Below, one piece after another: positions 19,401-42,551 of a stretch of 64,000 nucleotides of DNA; within the stretch, counting starts at the first letter, position 1; every line of letters begins with the position of its first letter. Source of the DNA: Methylobacterium sp. EM32 (GTDB lineage: Bacteria; Pseudomonadota; Alphaproteobacteria; Rhizobiales; Beijerinckiaceae); NCBI RefSeq assembly GCF_040593685.1, contig NZ_JBEXZS010000136.1:1-64000 (forward strand), in the 5' to 3' direction. The position numbers and the translations under genes were made by a program. Below the pieces are notes generated by a model. The model was not told the DNA's origin. It was given only the letters and a program-made list of their open reading frames with translations, and ran no database searches.

Positions 19401-22400
19401 TTCACCTGCTCGTCGCTGCGGCCGAGGCAGTCGATCGTGCCGTCCGCGTTCCAGGCGGCGCGGTCGCCGGTGCGGTAGAGCCGCTCGCCGGTCTCCGGAT
19501 GGGTGATGAAAAGCTCGGCCGTGCGCTCCGGGTCGCCCTGGTAGCCGATGGCGAGGCCGCCGCCGCCGAGATGGAGTTCGCCCGGCACGCCCACCGGCAC
19601 CGGCGCCAGGGCGGCATCGAGGATGTGGGCGGTGGTGTTCGGCAGCGGCCGGCCGATCGGCAGCCGGGCCCGGCCGGCCTCCGCCGCACCCACCCGGTGG
19701 ATCGTCGCGCAGACCGAGGCCTCGGTCGGCCCATAGGCGTTGAAGGCGGCGAGATGGCCGGCATAGTGGCAGAGATCGGCCACCGGCGCCGCCTCGCCGG
19801 CGGTGATGAGGACCCGCAGGCCCGGCAGCGCGGCCCGCTCCAGGGCGCGCAGGTAGGTCGGCGGCAGGGTGACGACGCTGACGGAGAGCCGGCGCATCAG
19901 CGCGCGCAACGCCCCCGTCTCCTCGATCGCCGCGCGCGTCGGCAGCACGAGCGCCGCCCCGGCGAGGAGCGCCATAAAGATGTTGGCGAGCGAGGCGTCG
20001 AAGGACGGCGAGGCGAATTGCAGGACGCGGTCCTGCGGCCCGATGCCGAAGGCGGCGACTTGCGCCCGCGCCATCGTCACGAAGCCCGCATGGGCGACGA
20101 CGACCGCCTTCGGCGTGCCCGTCGAGCCGGAGGTGAAGATGACGTAGGCCGGATCTTCGGGGGCAGGATCTTGCGGCCGGCTCGCGTCGAGGGGCTCGGC
20201 CGTCCCGTCGTCTCCGACGAGCCAGGGCGCCACCGCCTCGACCGGGCGCCCGCCGGCGAGCGCGGCGGCGGCCGGATCGGCGCGGTCCTGCAGGACGAGC
20301 CGGCACCCGGCCCGCTCCAGCATCTCGCGCACGCGGGATTCCGGATAGGCCGGATCGACCGGCACGTAGACGCCGCCGGCCGTCATCACCGCGAGGAGCG
20401 CGAGGACGGATTCGGCGCTGCGCTCGGCCAGCACCGCCACCCGGTCGCCGGGAGCGAGGCCGTGGGCCGCGACGAGGTGCCGGCCGAGCCGGTCGGCGGC
20501 CTGGCCGAGGGCGCGGTAGCTCGTGCTCCGCCCCTCGGCGTCGATCAGCGCCGGCCGGTCGGGGTGCAGGCGCACCGCCTCGGCGAAGGCCGCCACGATG
20601 GTGGTGGCCGGGCGCGGGTCGCGTGGGCCCTGCGCGAAGGCCGCCACCGTCGCGGCCTCCTCGGGCGAGAGCAGGTTCAGCCGACCGAGCGGCCAGTCCG
20701 CATCCTCGATCGCGGCCCGGGCGAGCTCGCCGAAATGCCCACCCATGCGGGCGATGCGGTCGGCATCGAACAGGTCGGTGTTGTAGTTGAGGTCGAGGAG
20801 GAGAGCGCCCTCCTCCTCCTGGACGTGGAAGACGAGGTCGAAGCGGCTGAAGGTCCAGGCGTTCTGCCGGCCGAACGGGACGACCGACACGCCGTCCAGG
20901 GAGAGGTCGGTGTCGGTGAAGCCCTGCGGCACCACCATCACGTCGAAAAGGGCCGAGCGGCTCATGTCGCGTTCGAGCGCGAGGTCCTGGGCGAGATCCT
21001 GCACCAGGGCATCGAACGGGTAGGCCTGGTGGGCGAGGCCGTCGCGCAAGGTCGCGGTGACCTGGCCTAAGAGGTCGGCGAAGGAGTTTTCGGGCGACAC
21101 CCTGTCGCGTAGCGCCAGGGTGTCGACGTAATAGCCGATCTGGTCGGCCAAAGCCGGATGGGTGCGGCCGGCGACCGGGCTGCCGACCACGAGGTCGGTC
21201 TGGCCGCTATAGCGGTGCAGGAGCGCCTTGGTCAGGGCGATCAGGAGCGCGGCGCGGGTGCTGCCCTGGCGCCGGGCGAGGTCGTCGAGGCCGCGCGACA
21301 GCGCGACCGGCAGGGAAAAGCGCTGCGTCGTACCGGCGAAGGTCTGGACCGGCGGGCGCGGCCGGTCGGTCGGCAGGGCGAGGGGCGCCACGGGCTCGGC
21401 GAAACGCTCGCGCCAATAGGCGCGGTCGGCCTCGAGCTGCCCGTCCGCGAGGCGCGCGGCCTGCCAGGTCGTGGCGTCGCGCAGCTGGAGCGGCAGCGGC
21501 GCGAGGTCGGGTGCCCTCCCCTGCCGGCGCGCGGCGTAAGACGCGGCGAGGTCGCGCACCAGCACGCCGAGGGACCAGACATCGGCGACGATGTGGTGGA
21601 TGGTGAACAGGAGGAGGTGGCGCTCCGCTCCGTCCGCGTCGGGCAGGCGGGCGAGGACGACCCGCATCAAGGGCCCGCTTCGCAGATCGAAACGGTGGCC
21701 GGCCTCCCCGGCGGCGAGGGAATCCGCCGCGGAATCCGGGGCGTCCCGCAGGTCGCGCCGCTCCAGGATCCAGTGTGGCACCGGATGCACGATCTGGCGG
21801 GCGGTCCCGTCAGGTTCCTCGTCGAAGGTGGTGCGCAGGGCCTCGTGCCGGGCGACGAGGTCGCGGAAGGCCGCCTCCAGGGCATCTGGATCGAGGGGCC
21901 CGCGCAGTTCCAGCGCCTCGCCGAGGTTGTAGGCGGTCGGCGCCACGCCGAGCCGGTCGAGGCGCCACAGCCGTCCTTGCACCGGGCTGACCGGATAGCT
22001 CGCGGCCTCCGGCGCGAGGGGGATCGCCTCTCCTTCCGGCCGCGCCGCCGCGATCAGCCGGCCGAGCGCCCGGATCGTCTGGGCGGCGAAGAAGTCCTTC
22101 AGGCTGACCTCGACCGAAAAGGCCTGGTAGATCCGCTGCACCGCCCGGATCGCCCGCAGGCTGTCGCCGCCGAATTCGTGGAAGCCGGTCTCGGCCCCGA
22201 CCTGCGATAAGCCGAAGATCTCGCGCCAGATCGCCGCCAGCCCCTCCTCGGTCTCGCCCTCGGGAGCGACGTAGGAATGCTGGGCGTAGAACAGCTCCTC
22301 CGGCCGCGGCAGGGCGCGGCGGTTGAGCTTGCCGCTCACGGTGGTGGGTAGGTCCTTGAGCGGCACCAGCACACGCGGCCGGGTCGCCGCCGGCAGCGTC

Positions 22401-23830
22401 TCGGCGAGGGCGAGGCGGATCGCCTCCAGGTCGAGCACCGTCCCGGCTTCGGCCGGGACGACGTAGCCGACGAGCACCGGCAGGTCGCCGGCGCCCGTGT
22501 GCACGGCGGCCGCCGCCTTGCCGACACCCGGCACCTCGCGCAAGCCGGCCTCGACCTCGCCGAGCTCGATGCGCACGCCGCCGATCTTGACCTGGTTGTC
22601 CTGGCGCCCGAGGCATTCCACCGTGCCGTCCGGCAGGAGGCGGCCCATATCGCCGGTGCGGTAGATCAGGTCGGCCGGATCGTCCCCGAGGGGATTCGGC
22701 ACGAAGGCGGCCCGCGTCGCCTCCGGGTCGCCGAGATAGCCGAGCGACGGATAGGCAGTCCTGATGTGGATCTCGCCGATCTGCTGGGGCGCGCAAGCGC
22801 GGCCGTTGGCGAGCACCAGGATGCTGGTATCGGGCAGGGGCCGGCCGATCGGCAGCACCCGGCGCGGATCCGTGATCGGACCGACGCGGGAGAAGACCTT
22901 GGCGAGGGTCGTCTCCGAGGGGCCGTAGAGGTTGACGACCTCGGCTCCCTCCCCGGCTGCCTCGCGCCAGGCCAGCACATCGGCGCCGATGAGCGGCTCG
23001 CCGGCGACCAGGAGGTGGCGCAGGGCCGGGAAGGCGCGGGTTCCGCCGCGATCGGCCAGCTCGCGGGTGATCAGGCGCAGGACTGTGGGCACGCAATGGA
23101 CCAGGGTGACCGCCTCCCGGGCGAGCCAGTCGACCAGCCGGCGCGGCACCATGCGGGTCTCGGGGTCGGGAATGCAGAGCGTGCCGCCGACCATCAGCGG
23201 GACTAGGATGTCGCGCAGGCTGACGTCGAAGGTGATCGGGGCGAGCCAGGAGCCGCGGGTGGTCGAATCGAGGGCGAATTCCCCGGTCTCCCAGCGCAGG
23301 AAATGCGCGAGGCTGCGATGGGGCCCGAGGATCGCCTTCGGCTCGCCGGTCGAGCCGGAGGTGAACATCACGGAGCAGGGATCGGCCGGGCCGATGCGGC
23401 GGGCAACCGGCGGCATCGCGTCGAGCGCCGGCAGATCCTCGATCCCGATCACCTCGACCGGGTCGGCGCCGGCGAGCGCCGCCTCCAGGGCGGGGCGGTG
23501 GGCCCGGTCCGTCACGACGACCCGGCAGGCGGCCTTGGCGAGGCAGGTGCGCAGCCGCCGCGGCGGCAGGTCCGGCGGCAGCGGCAGGAAGGCGGCCCCC
23601 GCCTTGCCGACACCCAGCAGCGCCTGGACGTAATCGGCGCCCGCTTCCAGGAACAGGCCGGCGACGGCGCCGCGGCCGAGGCCGCTCGCGGCGAGGCGGC
23701 GGGCCAGCCGCTCGGCGCCGCGGTCGAGCTCGTCGTAGCGGGTCCAGCCGCCGTTCCAGGACAGGGCCGCGGCCCCGGGCCGGAGCGACGCCTGAAGCTC
23801 GAACTGATCGACGAAGGAGCCGCGCTGCAT
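16454..23830 (-). CDS. NRPS, two modules: A-T-C-A(embedded methyltransferase)-T-C
   Basis: Part of the 3094-aa ORF, whose Arg-rich N-terminal 600 aa is an out-of-frame overlap with the asnB-like gene. The start is ATG 23830 (MQRGSFVDQ) or GTG 23878. A1 motifs FTSGSTGEPKA and NLYGPSETT. T1 FHEFGGDSLRAI. C domain HHIVADVWS. A2 FTSGSTGTPKA and NAYGPTEAS. A SAM-MT insert sits between A8 and A9, with VIDIGTGPVVILARLAIEAGARKVYAVD at ~19101-19130. T2 FFGLGGDSIRAI. C-terminal C domain HHLVVDAVSWG. Confidence 0.9.
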   Translation of the reverse strand: MQRGSFVDQFELQASLRPGAAALSWNGGWTRYDELDRGAERLARRLAASGLGRGAVAGLFLEAGADYVQALLGVGKAGAAFLPLPPDLPPRRLRTCLAKAACRVVVTDRAHRPALEAALAGADPVEVIGIEDLPALDAMPPVARRIGPADPCSVMFTSGSTGEPKAILGPHRSLAHFLRWETGEFALDSTTRGSWLAPITFDVSLRDILVPLMVGGTLCIPDPETRMVPRRLVDWLAREAVTLVHCVPTVLRLITRELADRGGTRAFPALRHLLVAGEPLIGADVLAWREAAGEGAEVVNLYGPSETTLAKVFSRVGPITDPRRVLPIGRPLPDTSILVLANGRACAPQQIGEIHIRTAYPSLGYLGDPEATRAAFVPNPLGDDPADLIYRTGDMGRLLPDGTVECLGRQDNQVKIGGVRIELGEVEAGLREVPGVGKAAAAVHTGAGDLPVLVGYVVPAEAGTVLDLEAIRLALAETLPAATRPRVLVPLKDLPTTVSGKLNRRALPRPEELFYAQHSYVAPEGETEEGLAAIWREIFGLSQVGAETGFHEFGGDSLRAIRAVQRIYQAFSVEVSLKDFFAAQTIRALGRLIAAARPEGEAIPLAPEAASYPVSPVQGRLWRLDRLGVAPTAYNLGEALELRGPLDPDALEAAFRDLVARHEALRTTFDEEPDGTARQIVHPVPHWILERRDLRDAPDSAADSLAAGEAGHRFDLRSGPLMRVVLARLPDADGAERHLLLFTIHHIVADVWSLGVLVRDLAASYAARRQGRAPDLAPLPLQLRDATTWQAARLADGQLEADRAYWRERFAEPVAPLALPTDRPRPPVQTFAGTTQRFSLPVALSRGLDDLARRQGSTRAALLIALTKALLHRYSGQTDLVVGSPVAGRTHPALADQIGYYVDTLALRDRVSPENSFADLLGQVTATLRDGLAHQAYPFDALVQDLAQDLALERDMSRSALFDVMVVPQGFTDTDLSLDGVSVVPFGRQNAWTFSRFDLVFHVQEEEGALLLDLNYNTDLFDADRIARMGGHFGELARAAIEDADWPLGRLNLLSPEEAATVAAFAQGPRDPRPATTIVAAFAEAVRLHPDRPALIDAEGRSTSYRALGQAADRLGRHLVAAHGLAPGDRVAVLAERSAESVLALLAVMTAGGVYVPVDPAYPESRVREMLERAGCRLVLQDRADPAAAALAGGRPVEAVAPWLVGDDGTAEPLDASRPQDPAPEDPAYVIFTSGSTGTPKAVVVAHAGFVTMARAQVAAFGIGPQDRVLQFASPSFDASLANIFMALLAGAALVLPTRAAIEETGALRALMRRLSVSVVTLPPTYLRALERAALPGLRVLITAGEAAPVADLCHYAGHLAAFNAYGPTEASVCATIHRVGAAEAGRARLPIGRPLPNTTAHILDAALAPVPVGVPGELHLGGGGLAIGYQGDPERTAELFITHPETGERLYRTGDRAAWNADGTIDCLGRSDEQVKVSGHRIEIGEVEAALRRVPGLRDALVTPVARPEGSTALAAYYCADAPVELWPSVAEFYVYDDVAYGSMAADEGRNQRYREAFARHLPGKTVIDIGTGPVVILARLAIEAGARKVYAVDRLEATARKARETVARLGLSDRIEVIHGDALTLALPEPVDACISEIVGAIGGAEGAARIINGARRFLKDPAAMLPRFSDTCIAALSLPRDRLAPGFSDVAAHYVEKIFAEVGQPFDLRLCLKNLPREAIVSDDGVFEYLDYTREVPLEERHDVALTVTRDCDLTGFLVWLRLGVDADAVVDILDNPGSWLPVYLPVFDLPVAVREGDRIAMSIDRRLCGNGLNADFALDGRVVRECGEAVPFRYLSAHFGGGFRQTPFYDGLFSGDGIPRFETPSPVALRRHLLTVLPAYAVPAFLVPLERMPVTLNGKVDRAALPAPGMVAPAEGRAPQTALESLVLRVWGEVMERRDIGVQDDFFGLGGDSIRAIQIVSRLRQEGWRSEIRDVFQNPTAEQFAAVLRPVVVRADQGPVVGAVPLTPIQRWFLETSERPRHFNQAVVLRADHIDPAAMGIALAEVWRHHDALRARFTKEAEGWRQVFRAPGDPPRLAELPAHDREALGGEAAFAAAASRLQAGFDLDGTPLLAALLDRTGARHRLLLVAHHLVVDAVSWGILLEDLESAYEAALSGAAPRLPEKTHSYRDHAAALATIADTIDWTSRLRTWRQVAPDSASEAPPARVGDALSVRARLPRDLTAALVAEANRAYGTGPEDLLLAALAVALERHSGTRRTLVTLEGHGREYRPADLLGESAPATGRTVGWFTMFHPLELHACADLADTIRTAKDGRRRVPDHGFTWLPMQALPDAPRLRPGVSFNYLGQMGAEARRGGRFAVDWDAPGGALDPEAVRPHHTDVLCLVVDGEMEVGLDLDGARTSREEAQALLSAYRDAIEAVVAHCLSRGEAEVTPSDLTFEGLSLDDLDRLLAE
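18280..19160 (-). other. Embedded SAM-dependent methyltransferase domain (class-I, PRMT-like motif I) interrupting A domain 2 of the NRPS
   Basis: Motif I VIDIGTGPVV and post-I YAVD lie between the A8 (VKVSGHRIEIGEVE) and A9/A10 (AVPAFLVP...LNGKVDR) motifs, the canonical insertion site for NRPS methylation domains. Confidence 0.7.
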
Positions 23831-23874
23831 GACGTGAGGGACCTTGGCGTAAGGAACCTGGGCGTGGGGGACGG

Positions 23875-25740
23875 TCACGAGAGCCTCGGAAGATCGAAAT
23901 GTTCGCGAAGGATGCCGAAGGTGAGGACCACCATCAGGACGTCGTCCTCGAAGGTCTGGTTGATCTCGGCCCCGGCGAGGAAGCGGGCCTTGAGATGCGC
24001 CACCGCCCCGGCGTTGAAGTAGCCGTCGGCGGCGACGCGGGCCTCGTCGAGGAGGTCGTGGATTCGGGGCAGGCCGGCACGCAGCAGGGTGGCGCTGCTC
24101 TGGGCGACGAAGCTGAACTTGCGCCGCTCGACGATCGCCGCCGGCAGGTAGCGCCGGGCCAGCGCCTTGAGGACGAATTTCTCCTCCCCCCGCTGCACCA
24201 TCAGCTGCGGCGGGATGCGCCGGGCGACGTCGATGACGTCGAGGTCGAGGAAGGGGTAGCGCGCCTCGACCGAGTTGGCGAAGGAGACCCGGTCGCCGTG
24301 ATCGGCGAGCAGGTGGTCGGCCATCCGCAGCTTGAAGTCGAGATAGGAGCGGATGTGGAACGGGTGGCGCCCCTCGATCCGCGCGCGGTCGACCAGGGGC
24401 TGCTCCAGGCAGTCGAACCCGTCGAAGGCTTCCGCCAGGGCGGGCGCGTAGAGTTCGCGGCGGATCTCGCGGCTCTCCGAGTAGCTCTTCTCGTAGAGGA
24501 AGCGCGAATCGCCCCACAGCCGCCCGCGCAGCTCCGCCTCGATCAGGGCGTCGAGGTCGCCCGAATCGTCCTCTGCGTCCCGCTCCAGGTCGAGGCGGTA
24601 GCCGACATAGCCGCCGAACAATTCGTCCGCGCCCTCGCCGGTCAGCACGACCTTCAGGCCCTCCTCCCGCACCATGCCGGAGAGCGCGAGGGAGCAGACG
24701 TTGTAGGATTCGCGCAACGGCGCCTCGGCGCAGTGGACGATCCGGTCGAGGCCGGCGGCGAGGCGGGCGGGGTCGATCTCGCGCTCGTGGTGGATCGTCC
24801 CGAGGCGGCGCGCCATCAGGCGCTGCGGCTCGCGCTCGTCGATCGCCCGGTCCGGGAAGGTGATCGAGAAGGTGTGGCGAGGCGCCCCCGGCTCGAGGTC
24901 GGCCGCGATGGCGGCGATGAGCGAGCTGTCGAGGCCGCCGCTGAGATAGGCGGCGACCGGCACGTCGGCCTGGAGGCGGCGGCGCACCGCTTGGCGCAGG
25001 GCGGCGTCGAGTTCGTCGACATGGTCCTCCAGGCGGCGGGCGGGGGCGATGTCCTCGGCGCGGGGAAAGTCGAGGTCCCAGTACGGCTCGACCCGCAGCG
25101 GCCGGCCCGGATCGGCGATCAGCACGTGGCCCGGCGGCAGGCTCCTGACGCCGGCCAGGATGGTGCGCGGGCTCACCAGACCCGGGAAGGTGAGGATCTG
25201 GTCGAGGGCCGTGAGGTCGACCGCCCGGGACAGGCCGGGATGGCAGAGCAGCGCCCGGATCTCGGAGGCGAAGAGCAGCGCGCCGCCGATCTCGGCGTAG
25301 AACAGCGGCGCGATGCCGACATGGTCGCGCCCGAGCACCAGCCGCCGGGTGGTGCGGTCGTAGGCCGCGAAGGCGAACTGGCCGTTGACCCGGCGCGGGA
25401 AGTCCGGGCCGTGGGCGATGAGCAGCGCCGGCACCACCTCGGTGTCGCATTGCGTGACGAAGCGGTGGCCGGCGGATTCGAGATCCGCCCGCAGCTCGCG
25501 AAAATTGTAGATCTCGCCGTTGCAGACCGCGACCGCCCGGCCGTCGCCGGCGAACATCGGCTGCTGCCCGTGGGCGAGGTCGACGATCGACAGGCGGCGG
25601 AAGCCCAGCGCGATGCCGTCCTCGGCGAAGAAGCCGTCGTCGTCCGGGCCGCGGTGGCGGACGCTCTCCGCCATCCGGCGGATCAGCGCGGGGTCCGGGC
25701 GTGCGCCGGTGCGATCGAGAAGGCCGACGATGCCGCACAT
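23875..25740 (-). CDS. Asparagine synthetase (glutamine-hydrolysing)-like amidotransferase, AsnB family
   Basis: ORF 23875..25782. The real start MCGIVGLL gives the N-terminal Cys nucleophile of class-II glutamine amidotransferases. The synthetase domain carries the PP-loop SGGLDSS. It lies between the two megasynthase genes, with 4-bp and GTGA spacings. Confidence 0.85.
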   Translation of the reverse strand: MCGIVGLLDRTGARPDPALIRRMAESVRHRGPDDDGFFAEDGIALGFRRLSIVDLAHGQQPMFAGDGRAVAVCNGEIYNFRELRADLESAGHRFVTQCDTEVVPALLIAHGPDFPRRVNGQFAFAAYDRTTRRLVLGRDHVGIAPLFYAEIGGALLFASEIRALLCHPGLSRAVDLTALDQILTFPGLVSPRTILAGVRSLPPGHVLIADPGRPLRVEPYWDLDFPRAEDIAPARRLEDHVDELDAALRQAVRRRLQADVPVAAYLSGGLDSSLIAAIAADLEPGAPRHTFSITFPDRAIDEREPQRLMARRLGTIHHEREIDPARLAAGLDRIVHCAEAPLRESYNVCSLALSGMVREEGLKVVLTGEGADELFGGYVGYRLDLERDAEDDSGDLDALIEAELRGRLWGDSRFLYEKSYSESREIRRELYAPALAEAFDGFDCLEQPLVDRARIEGRHPFHIRSYLDFKLRMADHLLADHGDRVSFANSVEARYPFLDLDVIDVARRIPPQLMVQRGEEKFVLKALARRYLPAAIVERRKFSFVAQSSATLLRAGLPRIHDLLDEARVAADGYFNAGAVAHLKARFLAGAEINQTFEDDVLMVVLTFGILREHFDLPRLS

Positions 25741-25744
25741 CGGC

Positions 25745-40240
<14,496 letters not shown>

Positions 40241-40339
40241 GCGTCCGCCCCGGCATTTCTGCTGATCTGATGTTTGCTCGATAGAAATCTCGTCACGAGA
40301 CGTCAAGCGAGATTTTAAAATACACGTCGCCCTTGACAC

Positions 40340-40450
40340 GATGTCTCGGATAAGACTGCCTAGTTAGATCTATAGTGATTCGAAAACGTTCGTAAAATTG
40401 TCATTTCCAGATTCGGGAAAATCGCTTAAGTCAGAATTTTCCTGCATCGG
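40340..40450 (-). promoter_or_regulatory. AT-rich putative promoter/leader of the lipopeptide operon
   Basis: A sharp GC drop (ttttaaaatacacg...tatagtgattcgaaaacgttcgtaaaattgtcatttcc) lies immediately 5' of the megasynthase start. No -35/-10 can be assigned with confidence. Confidence 0.3.
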
Positions 40451-40853
40451 GCGGTGTAGGCCTTACAGCAAAGCCGGTGCGGCGGGCGCGCAAGCTGGCC
40501 GGCGTGTCGATACCGTTCCGGCGCTGGCCGGCCCCTCCGCACTGCAACCCTGGCGGGCGCTTTGCCGGCCGCCGGACGGGGCGACAGCGTGCCCGCGCGA
40601 TCCTCGCACCGGCGATGGACCGGGCCGTGGCGGCGGCAGATGCGCGTGCGGACGGCCGGTCGTGGGGCATGCGCGCGCCGCAGTCTCGTGCATCGTGGCG
40701 CAGCCGACACCTCACGATACAGGCGCGATCAGAACAAGATTTCTAGATATATATTTAGATTTAGATGATCTGTGCGTCAGTTGACAGCGCAGACATCGCT
40801 ACAATTATATTATATAATTACTCAATTCTATCTTGATTATCTCAGCCATGTCT

Positions 40854-41012
40854 CCACCCTCCGCGTCATCCCGGGGCTCGACGAAGTCGAGAACCCGGGA
40901 TCCATAACCGCTGATGCTTCCGGACGAAGCGGGACGTCCTCCGCTTCATTCTCAACTGTCAGCGGTTATGGATCCCGGGTTCCGCTTGCGCGGCCCCGGG
41001 ATGACGATGGCG
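40854..41012. mobile_element. MITE-like element copy A (TIR ccaccctccgcgtcatcccgggg ... ccccgggatgac) with nested internal palindrome
   Basis: Internal inverted repeat cccgggatccataaccgctga/tcagcggttatggatcccggg. A homologous copy is at 44339-44500. Confidence 0.6.
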
Positions 41013-41073
41013 GGCTTCACCCCGGTCCCTCCAGGCAAACAGGGTCCCGGGATGAGGCTCTGGGCGGACCGCC

Positions 41074-41421
41074 CTACCCCTTGGCCGCCGTCACCACGAC
41101 CTCGATGAGCGCGCCGCCGCCGAGATCCGCCACGCCGACGGTGGCACGGGCCGGCAGGTCGTCACCGAAGAAGCGGGTCCAGGCGGCGTCCATCTCCTTC
41201 TTGTGCGACAGGTCGGTCACGAAGATCGTGGCGGCGACGATGCGCGAGGCATCCGTCCCGGCCTCCTTCAGGTAGCCGGCGATCTTGCCCAGGATGTTCT
41301 CGGTCTGGGCGCCCATCGACACCGAGGTGTCGTCCGCGATGGTGCCGCCGACGAAGACGAGGCCGTTGACCTCGACGGCGCGGTGCATGATCGGGGTGCG
41401 GATCTGGCGGGTGATGGTCAT
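41074..41421 (-). CDS. ridA: RidA/YjgF/TdcF-family reactive-intermediate (imine) deaminase
   Basis: 115 aa from ATG 41421 (SD AAGGAGA). Sequence MTITRQ...VEVNGLVFVGG...ARATVGVADLGGGALIEVVVTAAKG. The 412-aa ORF extension is an overlap artefact. Confidence 0.85.
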   Translation of the reverse strand: MTITRQIRTPIMHRAVEVNGLVFVGGTIADDTSVSMGAQTENILGKIAGYLKEAGTDASRIVAATIFVTDLSHKKEMDAAWTRFFGDDLPARATVGVADLGGGALIEVVVTAAKG

Positions 41422-41438
41422 CGGAGTCTCCTTGGGAT

Positions 41439-42551
41439 TCAGGTCCGGAAGCGCTCGATGCCGAGCGCGCCGATCCGGGTCTGGGTGCCGCCCTCGACGA
41501 TGAGCTCGGCCATGACGGCGCCCGCCGCCGGCCCGAGCTGGAAGCCGTGCAGCGAGAAGCCGAACTGGTGATAGAGGCCGGGATGCCGGGCGCTCGGCCC
41601 GAGCACCGGCAGGTCGTCCTTCATCTTGGCCTCGATGCCCGCCCAGGCGCGCAGGATCGTCGCGTCGCGCATGACGGGAAAGAGTTCGAACACCGTGCGG
41701 GCGCTCTCGGACAGGCGCCGCCAGTTCAGCACCGTCGTGCCCTTCTCCTGGTCCGGCACCGCGAGGTGGCCGCCGCCGATCAGCACCGTGCCGTTGGCAA
41801 ATTGCTTGAACGACAGCTTGCGGCCGCGCAGGATCACCACCGGATCGATGAAGTGCGGCACCTTCGAGGTGATCATCAGCATCGGCGCCACGGTCTCGAC
41901 CGGGACCGGCTCGCCGAGGGATTCGGCGATGCGCCCGGCCCAGGCGCCGGCGGCGTTGACGAGGACCGGCGCCGCATAGGTGTCGGCGCCGACATCGACC
42001 CGCCACAGCCCGTCCTCCCGGCGCACGTTCCGGGCCGGCTCGCCCTCGCGCACGATGGCGCCGAGACTCTCCGCCTTGCGCCGGAACGCCGCCACCGTGC
42101 GGGCGGGCTGGGCCGCGCCGTCGCGGCGCGAGACGACGCCGCCCGGGCAGGTCTCGGCCACCGCCGGCACCAGCCGGCGCAGTTCCGCCCCGTCGATCAG
42201 CTCCTCGTGGGTGAAGCCGCGGCCCTGCAGGTCCTCGACGCGCTCGCGGCAGGCCGAGAGTTCGCCCTCGTCCTCGGCCACCAGAACCTGGCCGTGGCTC
42301 TCGAAGCCGCACTCGTCGTCGACGAGGTCGCCGATGCGCTCCCAGAGGTCCATCGAGCGGATCGAGAGCGGAATCTCGGCGACGTGGCGGGCGAGCTGGC
42401 GCACCCCGCCGGCATTGACGCCCGAGGCGTGGCGGCCGGCATAATCCTTCTCGATCAGGACGGGCTTGAGCCCGGCCCGGCAGAGATGGAGCGCGGTCGA
42501 GCAGCCGTGGATCCCGCCCCCGACCACGATGGCGTCGGCGAGCAGGGTCAT
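41439..42551 (-). CDS. FAD-dependent oxidoreductase, DAO family (HcnC/opine-oxidase subunit B/sarcosine-oxidase-beta-like)
   Basis: Start MTLLADAIVVGGGIHGCSTALHL (GxGxxG). It overlaps the upstream gene as ATGA at 42548-42551. Confidence 0.8.
   Translation of the reverse strand: MTLLADAIVVGGGIHGCSTALHLCRAGLKPVLIEKDYAGRHASGVNAGGVRQLARHVAEIPLSIRSMDLWERIGDLVDDECGFESHGQVLVAEDEGELSACRERVEDLQGRGFTHEELIDGAELRRLVPAVAETCPGGVVSRRDGAAQPARTVAAFRRKAESLGAIVREGEPARNVRREDGLWRVDVGADTYAAPVLVNAAGAWAGRIAESLGEPVPVETVAPMLMITSKVPHFIDPVVILRGRKLSFKQFANGTVLIGGGHLAVPDQEKGTTVLNWRRLSESARTVFELFPVMRDATILRAWAGIEAKMKDDLPVLGPSARHPGLYHQFGFSLHGFQLGPAAGAVMAELIVEGGTQTRIGALGIERFRT

Noticed and set aside
23831-25738. N-terminal ~600 aa of the 3094-aa ORF (16454-25738) fused to the second NRPS
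   Set aside because: This stretch is out of frame with, and overlapped by, the well-supported AsnB-like gene (MCGIV start). Its translation is Arg/Pro-rich. The NRPS begins at ATG 23830 or GTG 23878.
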